Shown here piece after piece: positions 1 through 12,184 of a DNA stretch of 64,000 bases. The notes under the pieces are model-generated. The model was not told where the DNA came from, did no database searches, and saw nothing but the letters and a program-made list of their open reading frames with translations. The DNA lies in NCBI GenBank assembly GCA_013265495.1, contig MU058669.1:354056-418055 (forward strand), written 5' to 3'. A program made the translations under genes and the position numbers. Position 1 is the first letter of the stretch. Every line of letters starts with the position of its first letter. The DNA is from Vicugna vicugna (Eukaryota).

Positions 1-366
1 GTGTTCTAGCTTCATTGTTTTACATGCTGCTGTCCAGTTTTCCCAACACCATTTGCTGAAGAGACTGTCTTTATTCCATTGTATATTCTTGCCTCCTTTG
101 TCGAAGATGAGTTGACCAAAAGTTTGTGGGTTCATTTCTGGGCTCTCTATTCTGTTCCATTGGTCTATATGTCTGTTTTGGTACCAATACCATGCTGTCT
201 TGATGACTGTAGCTCTATAGTATTGTCTGAAGTCTGGGAGAGTTATTCCTCCAGCCTCTTTCTTTTTCTTCAGTAATGCTTTGGCAATTATAGGTCTTTG
301 ATAGTTCCATATAAATTTTATTATGATTTGTTCTAGTTCTGTGAAATATGTCCTGGGTAATTGGAT
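1..366 (-). mobile_element. Young LINE-1, 5'-truncated ORF2 fragment (continues beyond the window start)
   Basis: The minus strand translates with no stop or frameshift over 122 codons: [111 protein letters not shown]..., which is typical L1 ORF2p C-terminal to the RT domain. Confidence 0.95.
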
Positions 367-441
367 CCAGACTTTTTAAAGTCAGAGGAAAATAAACTTT
401 TTTTGCGTTTAAGCCATTCAGATCTAATCTTAACTGATACA
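367..441 (+). mobile_element. MaLR (MLT1-like) LTR 3' fragment
   Basis: aaaataaac...tttaagcca...actgataca resembles the MLT1 LTR poly(A) region and terminus. Confidence 0.55.
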
Positions 442-639
442 AGCTTCTTCTCTTGAGGCCTGAAATCCTGAGAAGCAACTTGGTGCAGTGAAGAGGACCC
501 TGAAGGAGAACCCAGAAGACCCAAGTTTCAGACTCCTCGCTCTGTGTTTATGAACAGTGAGACAGGAGGCAGGTCCCTTGTCTTTCTAGGTCTCCATTCT
601 TTGACTGCAGAATGGAGTCAAAGTAACATGGTTAACGTG

Positions 640-1436
640 ACATGGTTATCTATTTTTAAAAATCCTAAGGACTCTACAAAAACACTAGTAGGACTAATGA
701 GTTCAGCAGTGTCACAGGATACAAAGTTGACCTATGAAAACCAATTGTTTCTAAATACCAGCAATGAAACATTGGAAATGGAAATAAAAAAAAAATACCA
801 CTTACAATGGCATCAAAAATACTAACTACTTAAGGGATAAATTTAACAAAACTGTGCAAGACCTATTCACTGAAAACTACAAAATACTGCAGAGAGAAGC
901 CAAAGATCTAAACAAAGAGAGAGATATATCAAATTTATGGATCAGAAGACTAGGTGTTAAAATGTCGATCATCTCAAAATTGATCTAGAGACTCAGTGCA
1001 GTGTTTGTAGAAACTGACATGCACGGGCTCTAGAAGAACAGCTAAAACAATTTAGAAAAAGAGGAGTAAAGTTGGAGAACTTAATATGTCCTAATTTCAA
1101 GGACTGCACTAGGGCTACAGTGACCAAGGGAGGATGGTTCTTGAGTAAAGAAAGAGATGTGATCAACAGGAATGGAGAGGAGAGTCTGGATATATAAGAA
1201 GCTGGTTATGAACAAAGGTGGCTACAGAAATCCAATGTGGAAAGGATAATCTTACCAACACATGGTGTCCAAAAATTAGGTATCCATATGCCAAAAAATA
1301 AACCTCAACCCTTACTCACACCATACAAAAAACTTAGAATGGATAACAGACCTACACATAAGAGCCAAACTATAAAATTTGTAGAAGAAAGTATGTGAGC
1401 AAATTTCAGTGACCTGGGTTTAGGCAAAGGGTTCTT
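640..1436 (+). mobile_element. Old L1 (L1MB-like) degenerate ORF2, 5' part
   Basis: A-rich strand; ORF track 544..825 contains KNPKDSTKTL (L1 ORF2 ENPKDSTKKL-like); ctgaaaactacaaaatactg; many stops and frameshifts. Confidence 0.9.
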
Positions 1437-1519
1437 CTTCTTTTTTTTTTAATATTAAGAGAAGTCTTTATTCTGGGGAACCTCAGGACTTGATTAGGAC
1501 TACTGCCCCTTAACCCACA

Positions 1520-1612
1520 AAGTGTTTTCCGTAGGGGCTGTACCACTTTGCATTCCCACCAACAGTGCATCAGCATTCTCTTTTCTCCACAGTCTCATCA
1601 ACACTTGTTATC
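1520..1612 (-). mobile_element. Short L1 ORF2 3' fragment
   Basis: gttttccgtaggggctgtaccactttgcattcccaccaacagtg is the antisense of the L1 ORF2 C-terminal region. Confidence 0.8.
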
Positions 1613-2270
1613 CCCTACTGTTAACACCTTGCATTACCATGTTGCATTTGCCAAAACTAAGAAACCAGCATTAGTACACTACTGATAACTAAACTCCAGA
1701 CATTGAGTCTCACCATTTTTTCTATTAATGTCCTATTTCTGTTCCAGGATTTAATACAGAGCACCACATTACAGTTAGTTGTCATATCTTCCCAGACTCC
1801 TCTGGTCTGTGACGGTTTCTCTGATTGTCCTTGTTTTTGTTTCTTTTCATGACTTCAATAATCTTGATGAGCACTGGCTAGGTATCCTGTATACTGTCCC
1901 CCAATATGTGCTTGTCTGGTGTTTTTTGTTTTGTTTTGTTTTGTTTTCACGATTTGACTTGGGTTATGAGATTTGGGGGAAAATACCACAATGATGAAAT
2001 GCTCCTCAACACATCACATCCAGGGTTCATGATTTCTGTATGATGACCCTAGTGATATTCACCATTACCACCTGTATAAAGTTGTGGTTGCCAGGTTTCT
2101 CCGTGGTGAAGTTGCTGTTTTTTTCTCTCACTACTCTGATTTTTGGAAGCAAATCCCTAAGTGTAGCCCACTTTCAAGTGTGTATGTGTGTGCTGGTGGG
2201 TGGCGGGTGAGAATTAAGCTCCACTTCTTGGATGGGGGAGAATCTACATGTATTTTTTTTGAATTCTACA
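1613..2270 (-). mobile_element. L1MC-type 3' UTR
   Basis: ctgttccaggat...ccacattacagttagttgtcat...tctggtctgtgacggtttctc...gccaggtttctcc matches the recalled L1MC 3' end in antisense. Confidence 0.85.
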
Positions 2271-3170
2271 GGTTCTTAAATGGGTCACAAGCAATGTAAA
2301 ATATGGATAAACTGGAATTCATTAAAAAGCCTTTGTTCTTCAAAGGGCAAGCCATGGACTTGGAAAATACATCTGCAAAACAAGTATTTGATAAAGGACT
2401 TACATTCAGAATGCATAAAGGACTCTTAGAGCTCAACATCACTAGTCATTAGGGAAATGCAAATCAAAACCACAGGAGGTACCACTTTACACCTACCAGG
2501 ATAGCCACAGTTTTTTTTAAAAACGGGAAATAACAAGTGTTGGCAAAGAAATTGGAACCCTTGTGCATTGCTGGTGGGAATGTAAAATGGTACAACCTCT
2601 GCGGAAAAGTTTGGTGGTTTCTCAAAAGCTTAAACATAGAAGTATCATATGACCCAGCAATTCCACACCTAGGTATGTCTCCAAAAGGAATGAAAGCAGG
2701 GACTCAAACAGATATCTGCACGCCAACGTTCACAGCAGCATTGTTCACAACAGTCAAAAGGTAGAAATAACTCAAGTGTCCATCAACAGACAAAGGGATA
2801 AACAAAATGTGGCACATACATACAATGGAATATTACTCAGCCATAAAAAGAATTTCATTTTGAAATATGCTACAACATTGATGGACATCAAAAATACTAT
2901 GCCTAGTGAACTAAGCCAGACATGGAAGGACACATATTATATGATTCCACTTATGTGAGGCATCTAGAATAGACAAACTCATAGAGACAGAAAACAGAAT
3001 AGAGATCATTAGGCAGAATGGGGGAGTTACTGTTGGGAATGATGACAAAGTTCTGGGTATAGTGGTAATGGTTACACAGCATTGTGAATGTGTTTAACGC
3101 CACTGAATTATACCCTTATGAACGGTTAAAATGATAAATATCATGTATATTTTACCACAATAAAAAAATT
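2271..3170 (+). mobile_element. Old L1 (L1MB-like) ORF2 end and 3' UTR, continuing 640-1436
   Basis: ORF track 2537..2764 LEPLCIAGGNVKWY...YDPAIPHLG...DICTPTFTAALFT is L1 ORF2 C-terminus; ends ttttaccacaataaaaaaa. Confidence 0.93.
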
Positions 3171-3269
3171 ACACCTCCTTCCTCCCTGTACCCCTACCCT
3201 GCCTCTCTCCCCAAAAGCTAATCCTTGCATTTTCAACCCTTACATATTCTAATACTCTCTTGGAGACAC

Positions 3270-3455
3270 ACTGGACGTATATTAGCATATTAAAGGCTCT
3301 GCGAAGTCTCACAAAAAAGAAAGCCGCCTAACTGCTTAATCTAGTATTTCGTAAATTTATTTGATGAGGAGTTTCCCCCACCCACCCCACCCCCTCCAGC
3401 TAGAGAATGATTAATATCCTCAGGAACTCATAGACCTCGTTTTGAAACGCTAGGC
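3270..3455. mobile_element. hAT-Charlie-type MITE fragment
   Basis: attagcatattaaaggctctgcgaagtc...tttgaaacgct resembles the MER5-group consensus; subfamily uncertain. Confidence 0.5.
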
Positions 3456-4213
3456 TAATAACGACGGGGTTTAAGAGGGAGAACACAACAGGGTTCCTCC
3501 CCTCTGCAATCAGTTTTCTGGATTTTTCTTTAAAGCACATAGACATGAAACAACTACAAAAGGTTTCAAGTTGACATACTGATTTGAAAGAAAGGAAATA
3601 AAGTTTATGATAATATCAGATTCTTCAAAAAGAAAGCTGCAGTCAACAGCCGAAGCATCTGCCATCCATCTGTTTACTCACCCGTCCGCTCATCCATCTA
3701 TTCACTCTGCTAATAATCCTTTATTGTGCAACTACTCTTTGTTGGCCTTGGGTTAAGTGCTTCAGGGAATATCATGAAAGACGTGGTTTTTGTCTATGTT
3801 AAAGGCCCGATGTGAAATCATTTCATTCTAAAAACTGCTACTGGAACTGGGAAAATAATTTATTCTCCCAGAGTAATTGTTCTGGGAACAGTTCTGCAGA
3901 GCGCACTGGGGCTGGGCTTTGAAGGATGAGTATAATGCGGGCTGGGGAAGGCACTGCAGGAGCCAAGGTGATAAGGTTGCCCAGAAATGCTGCTCTTTTG
4001 TCTTCTACTCACATGGAAGACTGCAGACTGTTTCAGAAGCCTGGCTTCTCAGAACTCTGGTTAATGGACCACCTTACATTTTCCAGATGGTCTCTCATAC
4101 ATAAATTTCTCCAAAAACCTTTGCTTAGCTTGAGAAACAATGGATTTGAAGTTGTGGGGGTGGGGCTCATGTTCTTTTATTCTAGAGAATTTAGTACGAT
4201 TTCTCAGGATGAC

Positions 4214-4777
4214 TGTGGGAGATAGACTGAAAAAGTGGCCCCAATCCTCCACCCCTCCCTGTGTCCATAAGCTCTGCAAGCCCATGGCTCCTCCTATCAA
4301 GAGATGGAGTCTGTCTCCCCACCTTCTCAGTCTGGACAGGCGTGGTGACTTGCTTTGGACAAAAGAAGGAGGCAGAAGTGACAATGTGCCAGTTTTGAGC
4401 CTATGCGTCTACGAGTTGCACTCTTTCACCCTGTTTTTTATTCTTCTGCCTCCTCTAAGGAAAACAAGCCTAGGCTAGTTTGCTGAAAGGATGGGAGGGC
4501 CAGCTGGAAGAGGAAATAGGTGGAGAGGCACTGATGTACTGGACCAGCTGACAGCCAGCCAACCCCCAAAGATATGACAGCCCAGCCAAGGCCCACAGAG
4601 CCGCTGAGCCCACCCATGGCTGATCAGAGATGCATGAGAGAGCGCAGCCAAGACCAGAGAAATCCCCCAACTGACTTGCAGACCCGTAAGCAATAATACA
4701 TGATTGTTGTTGGAAGTCACTGAGCTATGGGGTAGTCTGTCATGCAGCACTGTTTGTGGTCACAGAGAAGCAATAAA
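4214..4777 (+). mobile_element. MaLR solo LTR (MLT1G/F-like)
   Basis: Starts TGTGG; aagagatggagtctgtctcccc motif; 3' gttgttggaagtcactgagctatggggtagtctgtcatgcagca; 5-bp TSD ATGAC at 4209-4213 and 4778-4782. Confidence 0.88.
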
Positions 4778-5191
4778 ATGACTTTAGTGAGGATTCAGAA
4801 GATCCAGTTCAGTTCTGTGTTTGCACCCAAAGGCGCCCAATAGAAACATAAATCTTGGAATCCTGTTCTCTGCCTTATTTTTGAAAGACCCCAATCACAC
4901 CTGTCTTACACCGTTCAGTTCAAATACCACATCCTCAAGAAACCCTGTCTATCCCCCTCTACTTACACAGTAATCTTTTCTCCCACTGACCTCTCAATGC
5001 ACTCTCTCTACCTTTCTCTTTTTTGAAGTTAGCCCTTAAGGTTAAGGTTATAAATTATAGCTATTTGCATACATGTATATCTATTAATCCCATTTCTCTC
5101 TCCTGGGTTCTAAACCAGCGCTTTCAAACTACCTGTGACGAAGAATTCCTTACTTCACTTTCATTTTGAATTCATTGCGAACCAAACCATC

Positions 5192-5795
5192 TGTGGTAGG
5201 CAGAATCCTAAGAATGCCTTCCAGTCACCCTCATCCTCTTACACTCCCCTCCCCTTGGGGTGTGGGCAGAACCTTGGAACATGATGAGATATTATGCCTC
5301 TGATTACCCTGTGTTACATGGCAAAAGGGGATTATCCAGCTCGACATAATCTAGTCACAAAAAGAAGAAGAGTTTTCTCCATCTGGCTGTATAAGAAGTC
5401 CAAATGATTCAAAGGGTGAGAAGAATTGGACACGGCATCGCTGGCTTTGAAGATCCAGACCCCAGGGGCCATGTGTGGGTGGCCTCTAGGAGCGGAAAGC
5501 AACCCCTGGCTGACAGCCAGCAAGGAAATGGGGAACCCAATCCTGCAAACACAAGCAACAGAATCTACTAAAAACCTGAATAAGCCTGGAAGTGAATTCT
5601 TCCCCAGACCTCCAGACACGAGCCCAGACTGGCAACAACACCTTGATTTCAGCCTTGTGAGACCCTGAGCAGAGAACCCAGTTGTGTCAACTTGGACTCA
5701 TGACCTAAAATAAAAGACTTTGAGCTAAATAATGTGTATTGTTTTAAGCCACTAAATTTGCACTCATTGTTACACAGCAACAGAAAACGAATACA
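5192..5795 (+). mobile_element. MaLR solo LTR (MLT1E-like)
   Basis: Starts tgtggtaggcagaatcctaag; gctggctttgaagat; gacagccagcaaggaaatggg; ends gttttaagccactaaatttg...gaaaacgaataca. Confidence 0.92.
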
Positions 5796-5801
5796 CCTCT
5801 G

Positions 5802-6306
5802 TGTAGTGTGGCTGATTATGTTTTCCAAAGGTGGGTGCAGCAAAATCTTATGTCCCATGTGTTCTTCTAGAACCTTCCCATAAGCCTATTAAGTGGTGAG
5901 AGCTAGGTTCCCCTCCCTTTAAAGTTGGGCAGAACTTTGTGAATCCTTCAACCAACAGAGTTTCTCAGCAGCAGAGATTCAGTGTGACATCCGAGACTAG
6001 ATCATAATAAGGCCACGCACTTCCACCTTGCTCTCCTAGGACACTGGCCATTGGAACCCAGCCACCATGCACCCTGGCAGAGAAGCAAAGGCCAGCACCA
6101 ACTAGCCAGCCATGTGAGTGAGCCATCCTGGAAGTGGACCCTCCGGCCCTGGCAGAGCCACCCTGTACACACTGTATGGAGCAGAGGTGAACTGTGCTGT
6201 CCAGCCCTGCTCAAATCGTAGATTTATGAGCAAATAAATGACTGCTGTTGTTTAAATCCATTAGGTGTTGGGGCAGTTTGTTAAAGAGCAATAGTAACTA
6301 GAATGC
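5802..6306 (+). mobile_element. MaLR solo LTR (MLT1F-like)
   Basis: caactagccagccatgtgagtgagccatcctggaagtgga; gagcaaataaatgactgctgttgtttaaa; gcaatagtaactagaa terminus. Confidence 0.88.
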
Positions 6307-6673
6307 GTATACAGCTTGCGCCTGGTGTCACTCACCACGAGTTCGACAACATGTGAACTCATCTATATCTATGCAACAAAACGTGTCCATTGAGCAGGCA
6401 CTGGCTGTCAAGGCAATGTCTGATTGCCATAAAAGTTTCTAAATCTTTATCTTCAATTTCTATGTTTATCTCACCGTGAACTGGCACCATTCTTCAGTCA
6501 ACACTCAGGGCCGCCTGGCTATAGAAGATCTCTGGGCCACGCCCAAGCTTATTCATCTCTGTGTCATCCCAAATGCCTAGTAAAATTCTTGGAAATAGAA
6601 GGGGTTTGGTAGATCTTTATGGAGGGAATAGAACATTCAAAGAAAGCTGAGGTTGGAAGCTCAACTCACTCAT

Positions 6674-7178
6674 TCTATTTATTTATTTATTTATTATTTT
6701 TTATTGATATGTGTAGTCAATTTATAATGTTAGTTTCAGGTATACAGCAAAGTGATTCAGTTATACATATACATATATATGTGTGTGTATACACACACAG
6801 ACACACACACATTCTTTTCCATTACAGCTCATTACAGGAAACTGAACATAGTTCCCTGTGCTATACAGTAGATCCTTGTTTTATTTGTTTTATATATAGT
6901 AATGTATATCTATTAATCCCAAACTCCTAATCTATCCCCTCTAATTTACCACCTCCACCCCCTGCCCCAGGTAACCAGTTTGTTTTCTATGTCCATGAAT
7001 CTATTTCTGGTTTGTAAATAAAATTTGTACCTTTTCTTTCTTTCTTTTTTTAAGATTCCACATACAAATGACATATGACATTTGTCTTTCTCTGTCTGAC
7101 TTACTTCACTTAATATGATCATCTCTAGGTCCATCCATGTTGCTGCAAATGGCATTATTTCATTCTGTTTCATGGCTG
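6674..7178 (-). mobile_element. Cetartiodactyl-type young L1 3' end, 5'-truncated
   Basis: (TTTA)n tail; ORF track 6946..7236 KQNEIMPFAATWMDLEMIILSEVSQTEKDK is the L1 ORF2 C-terminus; 13-bp TSD TCAACTCACTCAT at 6661-6673 and 7179-7191. Confidence 0.95.
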
Positions 7179-7379
7179 TCAACTCACTCATATTATAGAT
7201 GGCAATGTGGTGATCCAGAGTGATGAAGGGATACATTCAGGGTCATGGGAGGAGCAAGTGGCAGGGCCATGATAAAGGCAAAGAATTCCTGAAACCTTCT
7301 AATCTAGGCTTTACCAACCCAACTGCCTACGTGTGAAGATGGCTGGCAGGTGTAAGAGGAAGGAGGCTGCTGAAAAGGT

Positions 7380-7602
7380 AAGCGTATGCCTGCCCATGTA
7401 AAGGTGGGGACAGTGGCCACCCAGCCCCGAGTGACTGTTGCCAAGTGAAGGCCCGTGAAAACAGATGTTCAGTTTTTAAAAGAAAATCTGGAAAATGCAG
7501 GTATCTAGGGACTCCTTCTTGATTTTTAACATATTATCTGCATAAACAAATATGTTTGCATGCTAGATTTGGTCCAGCGGGTCACCAATTTTGCAATTCC
7601 TG
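7380..7602. mobile_element. hAT-Charlie MITE (MER102-like)
   Basis: Ends gatttggtccagcgggtcaccaattttgcaattcctg, resembling a Charlie terminal region. Confidence 0.5.
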
Positions 7603-7734
7603 AGCACTTCTAATTTACAAGTACAGAAGCTGAGGTCCTGAGAGGTTGCAGAGTTAACTAAGAATACATAGGAAGAAACAGCAAGGCCATTTTCTGACCT
7701 GTCCAGGAACTTGGTCATGATGATGATGAGTATT

Positions 7735-7920
7735 ATCAGCATTTACTGAACCCCTGCTATGGGCACGGCACTACACCAGGCACTTACACCCCCAACCTCA
7801 TTTAATCCTTGCGACAGTCCTAGACAGAAGGCACAAATATTTCCCCTTTTTACAGATTCAGCAAGTGGCTCAAAGAAGCTAAGTAACTCACCAAGATCAT
7901 AGCATAAATAAGCAGTGGGT
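7735..7920 (-). mobile_element. MIR SINE
   Basis: catttactga...ctcatttaatcct...ttttacagat...aagtaactcaccaagatca MIR core. Confidence 0.8.
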
Positions 7921-8509
7921 CTTCATTCCTAACCACACTTCTCCCACCTCGCACCGTTTCACTGACCCCTAAGCCTCCCGCCTATCGAAGCCCCAGCTTC
8001 AGTTTTACCTGGAAGAGATGCAAAATCCATTTGTTAACATTTCTCTATCATTCCAACCCAGGAGAGGCCATCTAAGGCTGGCCTGTTTCCTATCCCCCAG
8101 AGTCTGAGTGACAGCCTGTGCATAGCTCAGCCTTCCCAGGTGCTGACTCTCAAGAGGAGCAAGGTGCATCTGCAGCTGTGCAGTGAAAGCAGCAGTTTGT
8201 GCCTTAGGGTGAGGATGCCCCAGGTTCTTTGCTAAATATAAAGGAAGCATAGGACTGGGGATGTGGGAGGGGCCTAAGAGAAATCATTTAGACCTGGCAT
8301 TTCCAAACTATGGTTCAACGGATCCCTTGGAGATGCTGCAGCTGGGAGCTGGAGGCAGGTGAGTCCTGGCAAGAGGGGCTCTGATTTCTTCTTTGTCCTA
8401 CATTCATTAGGCTTCCAAGTAAGATTATATGACAAGTGTTCTACCACTGGAAAACAAGTTTGAAAACCATTGATCTAAGCCAACCCTTTCACTGCATTTT
8501 TAAAAAGAC

Positions 8510-8690
8510 AAACCCTATAATTTGATTTGCAATTATAAAAATAATAAAGGCCCATGGTGAAGGACTCAAAAAGTCAAAAGGGTATACAATGAAACATAAA
8601 AATCTCTTCCCACTCCCAACTCCCAGACCCACTCCCTAGAGATAAGCACTATTAACAATTTATTGAGTATTCCTTCCAGAATTTTTTATA
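8510..8690 (-). mobile_element. L1ME-type 3' end fragment
   Basis: cactccctagagataagcactattaacaatttattgagtattccttccaga. Confidence 0.6.
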
Positions 8691-9389
8691 AGGAAACTGA
8701 GCAACTGAGCTTGGCTTGTCTGAGATTATCCAGCCAGGGCTATTTATTGGACGTTACGCTCCTGGCATTTCTCTCTTCCTCTGAAAATTGCAAAAGTCTT
8801 AAATGTTTCCCCAGATTGCAGACTCTCTCCTCAATCCACCTGCAGCTTCAGAAACCATACATTATGCATCTTCTGGCCTTACTCACTGAACAGGAAAATT
8901 TCATGTCTTTTTCATGTGACCATATTTCCCCACGGTCTTTGCTTTACATGGTGGAGAAATAACCAGAATCACGTTTTCAGCTGGCCAGTATTCAGGCCAG
9001 GAGCAGCAGATGTAAAAGTGTATGTTCAGCAAGCTGTGGGGGCCGCTGGACAGGAATTCTGGCTGAACCAAAGTCCTGGAAGGGACAACACCTCCATATC
9101 CTTGGCCCTAAGAGAGCCTCCAACAGCTCTGGTTCCTCTCTGGGTGCAAAGCCGACCTTTCCACTGGTCTCCCAGCCCTCAGGCAGCTGCCCCCAATTCC
9201 TAACTTTCCTGTCTGCTTCCTGTGCCTTCATGGTTCTCTTGGCATTCCCCCTCTGGGTCCCTTCTTTTCTCTGCCTCCCATCCTGGACCCATCTTCAGGC
9301 TGAGCCCATTTCCTTTCTGGTAGTAAAGAGCCCATTAGAAGACAGAGCACCCAGACCCTCTTTCTCTCCTCGAGAAGACCCAGAGGGCC

Positions 9390-9570
9390 AACATTTATTG
9401 GGCTTCCTATATGACAGTCTATGCTAGGCAATTTACAGGCCTTAGTCTCACAACAAGCCTGGAAGGTGGCACTACCATTGTCATCCCATTACAGATGAGG
9501 AAACTGAGTAGGAAGTGGTAGCTGGCACAAGAACACAGAGCTGGTTAAGCCAAGGCTCAGGATGGACTTC
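9390..9570 (-). mobile_element. MIR SINE
   Basis: caacatttattg...catcccattacagatgaggaaactgag MIR core. Confidence 0.85.
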
Positions 9571-10779
9571 TTCAAGCTCCTAAAGCTGGGAGTTGCCTCT
9601 GACCCAAGGCCTCTGATGTCACATCTGCCGATTACAATGCCTACAGCTTGTTCCCAAAGGAGACAAAACAACCCGGCAGACTATCAGCAAATTCCGCCTC
9701 CCTGTTATCCAACAACCTAGCTCCTTCTCAAGACTCTTGAAGTGGAGTCTGAGCATGAGAAGGCCACAGATCGGTGAAGAAACTGATCCACGTTACTTGT
9801 CAGCAGAGGTGCAGATGCTCTGCTGTTGCCTTGGTTACATGCCTGGAGCTTAAGCCACTACCGATCACTCCCCATTTACCTTCATTAATCAGACTGGCGT
9901 GGCTCCCCCTAGAAGGGTCTCCACCTTCCCTGTGCCCCTGGATAAGTAGGGAGGTTGGGAAGCCCTTCCTGGCTGAAGTCCTGTGGGCAGGCAGCCCTGG
10001 AGGCCAGTGTGGTTAGGAAGAGGGGCCACAGGGAACCAGGGTGGGAAAAGAGAGGCTCATTATCAAGGGCATTTGCTTGAGAGGAAATTTCAACTATCAC
10101 TCAGAAGGCAGAAACATGCTGCCGGGCAGGGCCTAATTATAAGTTGTATTATTTGGGCTATTCAAAAGGAAGGCGTGAGACCTGAGAAAATAGCTGTCTC
10201 AGATGTGAAGGGCCCAATTTCATGTTTTATGCTTTAAAAAATCACACGAGAAGGAGGCCGAGTGGGTGGGGAAGCCCATCCATCTCCACGCCGTGGAGGG
10301 CTTGTTCTCTAAGAACACACTCTGTCCACTGCCCTGACTGTGCCGGGGACGCTACCTGAGTTGTCTTCCACTCAATTCTTCCCTCTCTTGGTGTGTATTT
10401 TAGTTTCCTAAAGGGCGTCACGGAAGACCAGACCTGTGGCATTTACTGGGTCATTGTCTGAAATATGTCAGGGCTCGAAGAACACAAACATATAGACATA
10501 TTAACTTCAGCTTCCTATGGACACATACAACAGACACACAGACACATCCACACACATCCCTGGACTTGGAAAGCTCAAATGCAGCAAAATCACCCAGAGA
10601 AGCCCATGACTCCATTGCTAAACCCCACCCTATTCACTATCTACGTACAGCCCCACCCTCATTTACAGGGTTTAGGTATTTGTCCAGGCTACTGTTCCTC
10701 CAATCAAATCACTAGTGCAAGTTCACCTTCTCTCTCTCTCTCTTTAAGACACAGAGTGAGCAACATAAGCTGCTGCCAG

Positions 10780-10975
10780 CAGCTTAATCCCAACTGGCCA
10801 CTTGATGTCCCAGGAGCTGTAATTTCACACGTGACCCTGGGCACGGTGCTTAATGACCAGACCTTAATTTCTTCCTCTGAAAAGGAGGGGAGCATAACAG
10901 CTGCCCAGGCTACTTCATCAGCAGCTGGAGGCTCAAAGGAGACTGCAGACATGAAAGCATTTTGCGACTACGAAG
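10780..10975 (+). mobile_element. MIR SINE
   Basis: gtgaccctgggcacggtgcttaat...ccttaatttcttcctctgaaaaggaggg...catgaaagcatttt. Confidence 0.7.
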
Positions 10976-12184
10976 GGCCAGGCACGTGGAAGCTGTCAGC
11001 ACCATCTTCTGAACTGGGTCACCCACGAAACCAGTGGTCTCACGCTGTTCAGCAGAGGATGTGGAAATCACTCTGCCCGTCAGCTTCTTGTCCGTAAAAA
11101 GTCTGCTGAGTCTGCGGGTCCAGGCCATCTCTGGCCTGGCCCTGCCCTTGTTCTTGGGCAGAATGAAGCTGAGCTCGGTCAGCTCTATGACTGGTTATCC
11201 AGTCCCACAACTAGACTGCAGCTCAATAAAAGTCTGGCATGAGGAATACATACTATCCTGTTCCAACTTCAGGATTCACCATGGGAAATAGACAGATGAA
11301 TGGATGAAGGCCAAAAGATATGAAACACAAGTTCTGTGAGGCAGTAGAGTTTCTGAAAGCTCCAGTTTTGAACCAGATTGTTGACAAGAGCATCCCAGAT
11401 CAAGTGGAGGCATATATGGATGTGTCAAGTATGTTCTGAAAGTTAGGATCACTTGATTCCCACCAGGAGTCTCAGCCAAGCCACCTGGATCTGGGGATCA
11501 ATCTGGCCTTTGGCAGGAGAAAGAGTAGGATCGCTGGGCCTGATTTGGGACTTAGCATCCTCACGTTGGTCAGACGCTGGGGCTTTGTAGCTTCAGTGCC
11601 CAGACCCTTCTTCTTCCTTCAGACAAGGGCCCACCTTCACCTGGGTATCCTCCTTGGTATCTGCCCCACAGCCCAGTTCTCTCTGCCCTCTGCCAGTCCA
11701 GCCCTGACTCCCTAACCATGATCCCAGACTCTCTAATGCACAGGTCCTGTCTGCCTGGACTATGTCAGGCTCCCCACCTCCTCAGCACCGTTCTCCCTCC
11801 ACCAGCCTACATCCACCACTGTCAGAGGCCTGGAGGCGGCCTGGCGTGGGCTGTGTAGCCTGTTGAGTTGCTGGTCCCGGCCACATCCAGCTTGGCCCTG
11901 CCCCAGTTCTCACAGCGTCACATTTCTGTCCTGGATGCCGGGCGCTTTTGGTGCCCTTCCACCTCCACCCAGAGGAGGACGCACATTCTGATGGACCACA
12001 TGGCTCTGGCACATTACAGATCCTGCTCTCGGACCACCAGAGGGATCAATAGGCTTGTTGGCTGTTTTAAAATTATATATTCCCAGAATCCAGTAAAAGA
12101 GCTAACACTGTTGGGATGGAGGGTAAAAGTTCCCGTAAAGGAACAGTAATAGCTCACATTTATTGAGCTTAATAGTTTTTGAGC

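Larger units (their letters stand above)
5116..6490. mobile_element. hAT-Charlie-type MITE split by two MLT1 LTRs (pieces ~5116-5191 and ~6307-6490)
   Basis: cagcgctttcaaactacctgtg at the left; ttgccataaaagtttctaaa...caatttctatgtttatctc at the right match one recalled Charlie-family consensus. Confidence 0.5.

Noticed and set aside
10465..11097. Longest ORF (210 aa, + strand)
   Set aside because: It runs through CA-rich and (CT)n simple sequence and a MIR, has no recognisable domain, and looks like a chance ORF.
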